64,000 nucleotides of DNA from an uncultured delta proteobacterium (GTDB taxonomy: Bacteria > Desulfobacterota > Syntrophorhabdia > Syntrophorhabdales > Syntrophorhabdaceae), in the NCBI GenBank assembly GCA_963783625.1, contig CAWAOG010000034.1, forward strand, positions 58,368 through 122,367, written 5' to 3'. This document shows, piece after piece, positions 1 through 9,042 of the stretch. The number at the start of each line of letters is the position of its first letter. Position 1 is the stretch's first letter. The position numbers and the translations under genes were made by a program. Below the pieces are notes generated by a model that did no database searches, was not told the origin of the DNA, and worked only from the letters and a program-made list of their open reading frames with translations.

Positions 1-1310
1 GGAAATAGTGATTGTGCTCCCAGGAAAAGAATATTTCGCTGCATTTTCCAGCAGATTGATAATTACCTGTTCTATGAGAATAAAATCAGCCTTGACGGAA
101 GGAAGGTCCTGCGGGATATCAATCTGCAATTGATGACCCTGCAAAGTATCTCTTGTTTCTCTCAGGACAACGCCGATAATATCCTGGATATCGCACCATT
201 TCATGTTTAATTTTAGTGTACCGCTTTCAAGACGCACCATATCAAGCAGGTTTTCTATGAAACGGTTCATGCGGTGCGCCTCTTCTTTAATTGTATGCAG
301 GAAGATCTCTCTGGTTTGCTGGGGAATAAACGCTTCCTTCCGCCAGAAGACTTGTCACCGCGCCCGTGATAGATGCAAGGGGTGTGCGGAAATCGTGGGA
401 AATGGAATTCAATAATGTCCTGTGGAGTTTCTCTGATTCGGTCAACCATTTTGCCTGTTCAGCTTCTTTTGCAAGTTGCAGACGGATTATTGCGACTGCG
501 GCAAGATTGGTTAAGGTTTCTATGAGCTGCCGTTGTTCCGATGAAAGAGTTGCATGCTCTATATTAGGTCTGATGCCGAGGACGGCCAGTATTTTATCTT
601 CTGCCTTTATGGGAAAAAAGAATAATGACCGTCCTCCTTCGAAGATACCAAGCCCCCTGCCCGCCGGCTGACCGTGCATCCAGCACCCATTGTGCTACCG
701 CATATTCTTTCTCATCAAACACAGCATCTTCGGGAGACGCGGCCGTTTTGTTCAGACTATCGGCATTCGGATCCTGGATGAGCACAATAGCCGCGCCGTT
801 CAGAATTTCAGCAACCTTCCTGATAAAGATCTTAAAAACCTTTTCCAGATCAGCCTCTGCTGCGATTTCCCGACTAAGCGCATATAAGGTGAGAGTTCGT
901 TTTTCCCGTTCAGTGGCTTTCTCCACTTCATTTTTCAGCTTTGTTGCCATAGTGCTGGTAACGAGGGCTACTAAAAAGAAAACAACGAGAACAAACAGGT
1001 GCTGCATGTTTTCTACTGCAAAGGTGAAAATGGGCGGTACGAAGAAAAAGTTAAAAGCTAACACGCCAAGCAAAGAGGAAAGAAATGAAGGCCAGCGCCC
1101 CCAACGGACAGCACTGACCAGCACAGGCAGCAAATACAGAAGAGCGATATTTGTTAAATCAAAATGTGGAGTAAGGATTTCCCCGATAGCAGTAACAATT
1201 GATACTGAGAGCACTGCCCATGCGTAATACTTGAACGGCGAGCCAAATAAAGAAAAACGTCTTCCGATGTTTTCATGTTGTTCTGAAGGTTTATGTGCGA
1301 TGATTTTCAT
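1..1310 (-). CDS. sensor histidine kinase, KdpD-C-terminal type (TM segment, GAF-like, HisKA, HATPase); 3' end leaves the window; frame broken near 300-330 and 600-680
   Basis: ORFs 594..1310 and 287..679 plus an untracked frame over 1..300 form one colinear kinase. It has hydrophobic helices, the H-box SISHDFRTPL, and then ...IINLLENAAKYS. Confidence 0.8.
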
Positions 1311-1477
1311 TATATCAACAAAATCTATATATTGATTATCATACCATGAAAAAAGTGTAAAGTTACGAGAGTTTATTGTTTACCGGATTTAATATCCCGG
1401 AACCTGCACGCGGTGTGATTTTTGCAGGCTGTAACAGGGCATAGATGCAGAAAAATATCTTATTCATCTAAATAAAT

Positions 1478-2642
1478 TCAGCTGATAATCCCACGCCCTA
1501 TGAAGGAAAGGAATTCATCTTCCGCAAAACCGAGCAGTTCCATGAAGACATATCGATTATCTTCACCGAGCAATGGCGCTGCTTTCCACCTGTCTGTTGC
1601 TTCTTTGGGAAACGTGACGGCTGATCTGTCGGAAATAGTTTTTCCGAGGACAGGATGAACGAGTTCTATGAAGAAATTGCGTGACGCGAGGTACGGGTCT
1701 TTCGCTAGGTCTTCAGCATTCTCAACGATGCCGGCAGCGATGCCGTTATTTTGCAGGAGTTCAACAACGGTTTTTGGATCACGCATGCTTGTCCATATTT
1801 CGACGTGATGATCTAAGACGGCGCGATTTTCTATTCTTCGGGCAAGCGTGGAAAATATTTCTTCACGCGTCCAATCAGGACTGCCCAGCAGACGGCAGAA
1901 TGTTTGCCATTCGTTTTCATTGAAAACAGCAATGACACACCACCTGTCATCTCCGGCGCATCGGTAACATCCGTACGGCGCCGCGGAAATATGGTTATTA
2001 TAAGAGTCTCTGAGAGAAGACGGCTGTTTCCTTTATGCCTGTATGGAGAAGGGCAGGGCCGAGGAGCGAGCATATGGCCTCATACCCCGAAACATCTATG
2101 TATTGGCCTTCGCCGGTTGCGTCCCTGTGTCTTAGGGCCGCGAGCATTGCCATTGCCGAGTACAGGCCGATAATCGTGTCCGCGTAAGCGTGGCCGAGTC
2201 CGATAGGAGACTCTTGACCGGAAGACGTCATCGAGGTAAGACCCGAAAGGGCGTGAAACGTGGGACCGTAGCCTACAAAGTCTCTCCAGGGGCCTGTCTG
2301 ACCCATGGCTGAGATGCTTGCCATGATAAGATCGGGTTTTACTTTTTTCAGAGCGTCATAGGAGAATCCCCAGTTTGACATGACGCGGGGAGAAAAATTG
2401 TCCACTACGATATCGCTTACTGCAGTGAGACTCAAAATGATGTCCCGTGCTTCGGGGTGGCTTAAATCAAGTGTTATGCCCCGCTTGTTTCTGTTCCAGG
2501 TATTGAAGTATCCTGCGGTATTCAGTTCAGCGCCTTTGGCGGTCCTTGCTGACTGGACCTTTATCACTTCAGCGCCGCAGTCAGCAAGTATCCTTGTCGC
2601 GTATGGCCCGGCGAGCATCCAGGTAAAATCGAGGACCCTCAC
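1478..2642 (-). CDS. family III CoA-transferase (CaiB/BaiF type), at least 2 frame breaks
   Basis: N-terminal part is ORF 1998..2642 (RVLDFTWMLAGPYATRILADCGAEVIKV). C-terminal part is ORF 1478..1786 (...APLLGEDNRYVFMELLGF). The middle lies in a third frame (1831..2073). Confidence 0.85.
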
Positions 2643-2715
2643 ACCGGCAAGGACGCCCGGCCGGATCGGGTTTTGAACTGATGATTCCTGCGGCTTGTTA
2701 CAGGGACGCCATTAT

Positions 2716-2793
2716 CCCTCCCCATTGAGGGGGAGGGCAGGGTGGGGTGGGTTGCCCATATCACCCTCCTCTTTTATTCCCTCCCCTCGAGGG
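2716..2793. repeat. two GC-rich hairpins of related sequence (CCCTCCCC-loop-GGGGAGGG; CCCTCGAGGG palindrome), REP/terminator-like
   Basis: Arms at 2716-2723/2730-2737 and a 10-bp palindrome at 2784-2793. They lie between two convergently spaced CoA-transferase genes. Confidence 0.4.
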
Positions 2794-4018
2794 ATGGGTT
2801 AAGCGGATACTCTGTGCTGCAGCAGATTTAATCTGCTCGGGGAGAAAGGGTTTTCGGGGTGTTGCCCGTTGGGGCCAAACCGTGCCTTTTGAGAGCGCTT
2901 CATTGTGCTCTCCGGGAAGGGGGGCAGGTCGTATCTGTGCTTGCGGGAAAGCACTGAACTTACAGGGAAGGCCGGGGCAGGGTAGCTCTGAACGATTGCT
3001 CTGCTGGCCTATTGGTTTAAAGAACTGCCGGGCTTTGAGTTGAGGGCTTTTCAGAACATCTTCCAGAGAACAGAGCGGGGCCCAGGGAAAGCGCATGGCC
3101 TGGCCCAAAGAAAAGAGTTCTTCTGCGGTATGTTTTTTGGTCCATTCTCCCACCACTTCGATGATATGGGAGATATGGTCGATCCGATAGGCTTCATCAT
3201 TCCATTGTGAGTCACACAGATCACGGGCCATCCCCTCGGCAGCCATCAATTCGACGAGGGTCTCCCATTGCTGAAGAAGGGTCAACTGAATATGGCCGTC
3301 TTTGCAGGGCAATATGCAAAAAAAACTGTTGCCATACAGGTTACCCTGTCTTCTCGTTATGGTCTTCTCATAAAACCAGCGCACCATGACGTGGTCGAGC
3401 GTGGAGGCTACTGCCTCTTGAAGCGAAAGGTCAACGTACATTCCCTTTCCGGTCAGGTCGCGCTCCCTCAGGGCGAGGATGATCCGGACCGCGCCAAAAA
3501 GAGAGCCGGTGTAATATGACTGTTCACCAAAAGGCACAAGAGGACGTCCGGATGGATCACCCATGATGAACATCTGACCGCCTGTCGCAGAAGCGACGAT
3601 GTCGCAGGAGCGACAACGCGCTCCGGGACCCTTTTGACCGAAGCCGGTGATGGCAACATGAATAAGGCCGGGATTCGTTCTCTTGAGGGTTTCAAAACCC
3701 AGACCGATTGTTTCAAGATAGCCGGGCCGAAATGTTTCCACAAGGACATCAGCATCTTTTACCAATCCGAGGAAAGTTTTCCTGTCGGTTTCTATATTGA
3801 GATCAAGGGTGATACCAAACTTATTTGCATTGTGATAGGCGAAGAAGAGACTGTTTTCAGGTTCCGGTTGGTCGGTTCGGAAAGGGCCCGATTTTCCGTG
3901 ATCTATCGCCTTCCGGTCTTTCGACTTTTATGACGGAAGCGCCCAGATCGGCGAGCAGTCTGGAACAGAAGCTGCCAGTTTCATCGGCAAGATCAAGAAC
4001 CCGCAGGTCTTTGAGCAC
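2761..4018 (-). CDS. family III CoA-transferase, frame break just after GPF (~3900); C-terminus uncertain (alternative stop at 2809)
   Basis: GTG 4018 gives VLKDLRVLDLADETGSFCSRLLADLGASVIKVERPEGDRSRKIGPF. It then continues in the frame of ORF 2761..3765 (...FAYHNANKFGITLDL...PAPLPGEHNEAL). Confidence 0.85.
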
Positions 4019-4052
4019 AAAAATACCTCATTTTCCGGGCCCATAGAGAGGC

Positions 4053-4190
4053 CGTAAATCGTAAATCGCGAATCGTAAATCGCAGAGGGGATCGTGCAAA
4101 AAGCAAGGAATAGACAACAAGATCAATTTATTTGTTCTTTGTGATACGCGGTTCCAAGTTTAATAACCATTTCCGATTTCCGATTTACGG
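4053..4190. repeat. two inverted arrays of the heptad CGTAAAT (4 units at 4053-4082; 3 reverse-complement units ATTTCCG/ATTTACG at 4169-4189)
   Basis: Read directly: CGTAAAT CGTAAAT CGCGAAT CGTAAAT CG ... ATTTCCG ATTTCCG ATTTACG G. The outer 10 nt are perfectly complementary. Confidence 0.7.
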
Positions 4191-4209
4191 CACTTTGCCC
4201 TGTGTCATC

Positions 4210-4353
4210 TCAATCCGACGATGGTATCGTCTTCGGTTCCTGGATGGTCATTTCCTTGTCGCAGCAGGTGAGTGTGCCTTCACCGGGTTTTGTGGAGAGG
4301 GCCTCTGTCCCACAGACCTCGCATTTATATCGTTTTCCAAGTTTACTGGGCAT
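4210..4353 (-). CDS. desulforedoxin-like Fe(Cys)4 mini-protein, 47 aa (not in ORF track)
   Basis: MPSKLGKRYKCEVCGTEALSTKPGEGTLTCCDKEMTIQEPKTIPSSD. It has CxxC...CC with the same 16-residue spacing as D. gigas desulforedoxin. AAGGAGG lies 8 nt upstream. Confidence 0.65.
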   Translation of the reverse strand: MPSKLGKRYKCEVCGTEALSTKPGEGTLTCCDKEMTIQEPKTIPSSD

Positions 4354-4367
4354 GGTTATAAGCCTCC

Positions 4368-4487
4368 TTACTTTTTGAGTTCCATGGGTTGATTACAGCA
4401 CGTGATGGTTCCGTTTCCGCCACGGGTGATGATCACTTCAGCACCACATTTCGCGCATATGTATCGTTTTCCGACTGTGTTGGCCAT
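4368..4487 (-). CDS. desulforedoxin-like Fe(Cys)4 mini-protein, 39 aa (not in ORF track)
   Basis: MANTVGKRYICAKCGAEVIITRGGNGTITCCNQPMELKK. It is colinear with desulforedoxin (YKCELCG...GGGTLVCCGEDM). An AAGGAGGG RBS is present. Confidence 0.7.
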   Translation of the reverse strand: MANTVGKRYICAKCGAEVIITRGGNGTITCCNQPMELKK

Positions 4488-4511
4488 TGGTATACCCTCC
4501 TTATATGTTCG

Positions 4512-5187
4512 TTACAGCTCGATCTCTTTGAGATCAGGCGCGATGATCAGTTTCGGTTCCGTAACCGACTGGATATCCTCAGGGGTAAGACCCGGGATAG
4601 ATCTCCTTCAAGAGGAGTCCTTCGGGGGTGACTTCGAGAACGGCAAGATCGGTAAAGATCTTCTGTACCTTCTTCCTGGCTGTTGCCGGATAGGTGAGTG
4701 TGCTCACCAGTTTGGGTTCTCCCTTGTTTGTCGTATGCTCCATGGCAATGAAGAGCTTCTTGGCACCTACGGCGAGGTCCATGGAACCGCCCACGTTGCC
4801 GACCCCGGAGAGTCCCCGGGAGGGGTTCATCCAGGAGGCAAAGTCTCCCTCTTCGTTTACCTGGAAGGCGCCCATGACAGTGACGTTCACATGGCCGCCC
4901 CGGATCATGGCAAAGGATTCACAGATATCGAAGTAGCAGCTGCCCGGTATCTCCGTGACTGCCTGACAGGATGCGTTGATCAGGTCCTGGTCTACATCGT
5001 CCCCTTCAGCCATGCTCCCTGTTTTCAACATCCCGATCTCGCTCTGGAGATGGACATCTCTGCCTTCGAGCCAGTTACCCACTAAGGTTGGTATTCCGAT
5101 ACCGAGGTTTACATAAGAATTTTCCTCAATCTCCTTGCTTATCCGTAATGCTATGATTTCACGGGGTAGACCCTCAAATTTCTTCAT
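4512..5187 (-). CDS. 3-oxoacid/acetate CoA-transferase subunit B (AtoA/ScoB-like), one frame break at 4591-4593
   Basis: ORF 4579..5187 contains the catalytic-Glu motif LQSEIGML. After removing one G the tail reads ...EIYPGLTPEDIQSVTEPKLIIAPDLKEIEL*. Confidence 0.85.
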
Positions 5188-5202
5188 TGTTTTCTCTCCT
5201 TC

Positions 5203-5943
5203 TCACAGATTGGTAATATCAAAGGTGATCCTCGGGATGTGGACGACCCTCTGGACATAGATACCCGGGGTATGGACCGTATCGGGATCGATGTCACCGG
5301 GGAGGACGAGGTTCTCCACCTCGGCGATAGTTACAGAGGCCGCTGTTGCCATGACGTGGTTAAAGTTCCGGGCGGTCTTTCTATATCTCAGGTTCCCTTC
5401 GGAATCACCCATATAGGCATGGATAAAGGCATAGTCGAGTTTCAGGGCATACTCAAGGACACAGGTCTGTCCGTTGATGATACGTGCTTCTTTCTTTTTT
5501 CTGTTTTCTGTAATGTTGGTAAGGATCGTCTCTTCTACCAGGGAGCCTGAACCCACGGGGGTGAAGAAGGCGGGGATGCCTGCGCCTGCGGCACGGTACT
5601 TCTCGGCCAGGGTCCCCATGGGGTAAACCTCGAATTCTATTTCTCCGGAGCGGATCTGCTGTTCGAAGGGATGACTGGCTCCTTTTGTTGCCGAACGGAA
5701 AAGACCATAAGAATCGATAAGCTTTTTGATCTGTTTGCCTGCCACGAGTTCATCCAGTTCCCCGTAGGCCCCAAGGAGCGGACCGGAACCGCAGCAGATC
5801 GTTAAATCCTTGGTTCCTTTCTTGATGAGCCCCTGGATGAGGGTCCTCGGGACACCTGCGGCAAAGAAGCCGCCGATGCCGATGATGGCTCCGTCCTTGA
5901 TATCCGCTATTGCTTCTTCTACGGTTTTGAATGTTTTGTTCAT
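5203..5943 (-). CDS. 3-oxoacid/glutaconate-type CoA-transferase subunit A (AtoD/ScoA-like)
   Basis: Intact 246-aa ORF with GAIIGIGGF...ICCGSGP. It is directly upstream of subunit B. Confidence 0.9.
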   Translation of the reverse strand: MNKTFKTVEEAIADIKDGAIIGIGGFFAAGVPRTLIQGLIKKGTKDLTICCGSGPLLGAYGELDELVAGKQIKKLIDSYGLFRSATKGASHPFEQQIRSGEIEFEVYPMGTLAEKYRAAGAGIPAFFTPVGSGSLVEETILTNITENRKKKEARIINGQTCVLEYALKLDYAFIHAYMGDSEGNLRYRKTARNFNHVMATAASVTIAEVENLVLPGDIDPDTVHTPGIYVQRVVHIPRITFDITNL

Positions 5944-5960
5944 GAGTAACCTCTTTGAAG

Positions 5961-6010
5961 ATCGTTATTATCTATTATGACATAAATCGTTATTATCTAT
6001 TATGACATAA
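5961..6010. repeat. perfect 25-bp tandem duplication (ATCGTTATTATCTATTATGACATAA x2)
   Basis: Units at 5961-5985 and 5986-6010, in the 68-nt spacer between the crotonase stop and the atoD-like start. Confidence 0.95.
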
Positions 6011-6011
6011 A

Positions 6012-6743
6012 TCATTGTGCATCAGAAGACTCTCGCTTCAATACGAGTCTCTTTTCAAGTTCCAGTCCTTCCTGAAGGGACATGTCGAGGCCTTTTGTAA
6101 TAGCTTCCTTGGCCCTTCTTACAGCTTCAGGATAAAAGGACGCTATCCTGAGGGCAATTTCTTCGGCTATCTTTACGTGTTCCCCTTTTGGGACCACCCT
6201 ATTTACTAATCCAAAGCGGTGGGCTTCATCTGCCGGTATCCAGCGATTGGTGAGCAGCATTTCAAGGGACCGTGACACACCGATGAGCCGGGGGATTGTC
6301 TGGGTCCCTCCCGCGCCGGGTATGATGCCCAACCCCACTTCAGGCAAACCGAAGACGGCGTCTTCGGAGGCAATACGGATGTCACAGCACGCGGCGATTT
6401 CCATGCCTGACCCCAGAATATATCCGTGAACTGCCGCGATAATGGGCTGGGGAATGGAGAGAAAAAGCTTCCAGATGTCCCGTCTAAACCGTATCTGTCG
6501 TGCTTTGATCGCGGAAGGAGCAGTGAGGAATTCCGTGAGATCGGCGCCCGCGCAGAATGCCTTATCTCCGGCACCTCTGATAACAGCGACCCTTACTTCA
6601 TCGTCATCTTTGATGGCCCTGAGTACTTCATAGAGGTCATCGCGCATTTGCACGCTGTAGGCATTGAGAGCATGTGGACGATTGAGCGTCACATAAGCGA
6701 TGTGCTCTTTTTTCTCGTAAAGTATTGTTTCGAATCCGTCCAT
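6012..6743 (-). CDS. enoyl-CoA hydratase/isomerase (crotonase family)
   Basis: Intact 243-aa ORF with VTLNRPHALNA...GAGDKAFCAGADL...GGTQ. Confidence 0.9.
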   Translation of the reverse strand: MDGFETILYEKKEHIAYVTLNRPHALNAYSVQMRDDLYEVLRAIKDDDEVRVAVIRGAGDKAFCAGADLTEFLTAPSAIKARQIRFRRDIWKLFLSIPQPIIAAVHGYILGSGMEIAACCDIRIASEDAVFGLPEVGLGIIPGAGGTQTIPRLIGVSRSLEMLLTNRWIPADEAHRFGLVNRVVPKGEHVKIAEEIALRIASFYPEAVRRAKEAITKGLDMSLQEGLELEKRLVLKRESSDAQ

Positions 6744-6750
6744 TGCCCTG

Positions 6751-7533
6751 TTATTTTCCCTGAAAGGAAGGTTTCTGTTTCTTTTGAAATGATTCTATAC
6801 CGTGTATGCGGTCCTGGGTTCCATAGAGCAGGAGGTAGAGATCACCCTCCATACGAAGTCCCTGATCAAGGGTCAAATCCATCCCTTTATAGATTGCTTC
6901 TCTGACGAACCGCAGCGAAATGGGAGCTTTTGTTGCCATGTCCCGGGCCAGATCCAGCACCTTTTTTGTCACGTCTCCTGACGATTGTACCATATTCACG
7001 AGACCGATCCGGAGGGCTTCCCATGCATCAATCGATTCTCCTGTGAGAATCATCTCAAGAGCTTTGCCTTTCCCAACAAGTCTCGGCAACCTCTGCGTTC
7101 CGCCGTCCTGCGGGACCAATCCTTCATGAATATGGGGCATACCGAAACGGGATGACTTTGAGGCGATCCTCATATCACAGGCCATGGCCAGTTCAAGGCC
7201 CTGTCCAAAAGCATCTCCATGAATAGCCGCTATGGTTGGCCGGTCAAGACCGGCAATAGATTCTGAAAGATGGGGTAACAGCGCCGATGTTTCTCCTTGA
7301 GGGCTCGTAAACAAAGATTTCTCTGTTGTCTCCCCTTTTTGTGGGGTTTTTTCTTCAGGAGAAGCGATGATAACTACCCGGACCTCTTCATCCATTTCTA
7401 TGTCCGCGCACAGTCCAGAGAGCTCATAAGAAAACACATCCGTCCCGATATCATCTGTAGTGAAACCGGGTATGGTAATGATTGCTATATGCTCTCGTTT
7501 TTCAAATCCAGTAATTTTATTATTTGTTCCCAT
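6751..7533 (-). CDS. enoyl-CoA hydratase/isomerase family protein with an internal insertion (track start 7605 is a TTG; ATG 7533 preferred)
   Basis: ORF 6751..7605 has a crotonase core: AAIHGDAFGQGLELAMACDMRIA...GGTQRLPRLVG. Confidence 0.8.
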   Translation of the reverse strand: MGTNNKITGFEKREHIAIITIPGFTTDDIGTDVFSYELSGLCADIEMDEEVRVVIIASPEEKTPQKGETTEKSLFTSPQGETSALLPHLSESIAGLDRPTIAAIHGDAFGQGLELAMACDMRIASKSSRFGMPHIHEGLVPQDGGTQRLPRLVGKGKALEMILTGESIDAWEALRIGLVNMVQSSGDVTKKVLDLARDMATKAPISLRFVREAIYKGMDLTLDQGLRMEGDLYLLLYGTQDRIHGIESFQKKQKPSFQGK

Positions 7534-7626
7534 AAATGTGTCAGATAATAACAATTGAGAAGCATTTTGTAAACGGTCTTGTATGTCTCCTGAGCGTTGC
7601 TGCAAAACCTACACTGCATTGCGGAC

Positions 7627-7646
7627 AATGTATATTAGTATACATT
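7627..7646. promoter_or_regulatory. inverted repeat AATGTATA-TTAG-TATACATT upstream of the crotonase/CoA-transferase operon
   Basis: Perfect 8-bp arms. The half-site is related to the palindrome in front of the GntR gene. Confidence 0.3.
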
Positions 7647-7737
7647 TCGCCGGCCAGGAAGTCAATTGTCTTCAACTCAAACTGGTTGCTATTGCAGCAA
7701 GAAAAGATATCGATAACTACCTGAAAAAAATGGTTTT

Positions 7738-8821
7738 TTACGAAACAGTGCTGAGCAGGTAGAAAGCCGTCTGCCCGTCCATTTTTCTTTGGATTTCTCC
7801 GGCTTCCTCAAGGTACCTGAGATGTGCGAAGGCCTCTCCCGTCGCGAAGAATGACTGCACAACAGGAAAAGAGTCCCAGGAGTCACAATCAACATTCCAG
7901 GTCATTTGCGATGCTACCTCATAAATGTTCTTGCTACCTTCCTGCAAGATGGCAAGTACTTCGCGATTTCTTTGCTGATGGTGTTCTTTTATCTCTTCGA
8001 TCCTTGTTTTGCAGTTTCCGAAAAGGGCCCTGTGGCCTGGTAACACAGTCTCGACGTCTAAGGCGTATATCTTATCAAGACTGGACAGGTATTCCTTGAG
8101 AGGGTTTTCGCCGTCAACTCTTCCCTGAATGCCGGGGGTAATGTCTTTCAAAATGTGGTCACCTGCGATAAGAAACTTTTTGTCCGGTTCGTACAAGCAC
8201 ATGTGCCCCCTACTGTGGCCCGGCGTCTTTACGCACGTGAACCGGTATCCCCCTCTCACTATGGTGTCAGCGTCTTCAACAAACCTGAAAGGGAGCGCAT
8301 CTCTTGAATGTATACTCCCGTCCGATACGAGGCGGAAGTATTTTTTCAGGGTCCTTCTCCGGAAAACCGCTCATATGGAGAAAGGCCCCGATCTCTGACA
8401 AAATAACGCCGGTTTTGATTTTAGAAATAATCTGAGCATCCCCTTCGTTGACGTACACAATTGATCCTGCGTTGATTAGCCTGGGGACAAGGCCTATGTG
8501 ATCACCATGACAGTGGGTTATAAAAAAATCTGTTTTTGTAAGATCAACATCAAGCTTTTTCAAGGCCGCACGCATTGCATCGAGACACGCATCCTCATAC
8601 ATACCGGTATCAATGATCAGGTTCCGTTCCCTATCTCTGATTATGTAAGAATTAACGGCTTTAAGGAGAGTATCGGGAAGAGGAATTTCAATTCTGTATA
8701 AATTTGATGCAATTTCTTCAATCATATATTCACCATCTTTCTTTACCATTACCTTGCTCATCTGCTGGAAATGGTTTCTATATTCGATATTGTATCCATT
8801 GCACTCTATAGCCTGAAACAT
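7738..8821 (-). CDS. MBL-fold metallo-hydrolase, one frame break near 8300
   Basis: ORF 8276..8821 carries HCHGDH. ORF 7738..8259 continues (TPGHSRGH...AGDH...LPGH). The junction reads ...YTFK|DALPFRFVEDADTIVRGGYRF. Confidence 0.8.
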
Positions 8822-8984
8822 ACATCTCTGTTATTCCGCATCATTCTATCGCTTTATTATATACTATTCAAACGGTTGATAGCCAGAATAAACGCCGGTC
8901 CTCAGGTGTATCTCAAATGTGCTCAAAATGGCATAGAAAAGTCTTGACTTTGCCGGGAATCGGGGCTACCCTTTGAAAGTATGT

Positions 8985-8994
8985 ATGTATACAT
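8985..8994. promoter_or_regulatory. 10-bp palindrome ATGTATACAT, candidate GntR/HutC-type operator in the MBL/GntR divergent region
   Basis: Sits 49 nt upstream of the GntR start. It fits the GT-N-AC pattern of GntR operators. TTGACT lies at 8944-8949. Confidence 0.3.
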
Positions 8995-9042
8995 GCATAC
9001 ATACCAGTAAATTAATAGTTGTCGGATAATAGTTGAGGATCC

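Noticed and set aside
1-1310. Naming the histidine kinase kdpD
   Set aside because: Only the C-terminal membrane/GAF/kinase architecture is present. The ORF starts at the membrane segment, with no N-terminal KdpD/Usp domains and no kdpABC or kdpE nearby.
4053-4190. The heptad arrays (also 54494-54559) as a CRISPR array
   Set aside because: The repeat unit is 7 nt with no spacers. This is far from CRISPR geometry, and no cas genes are present.
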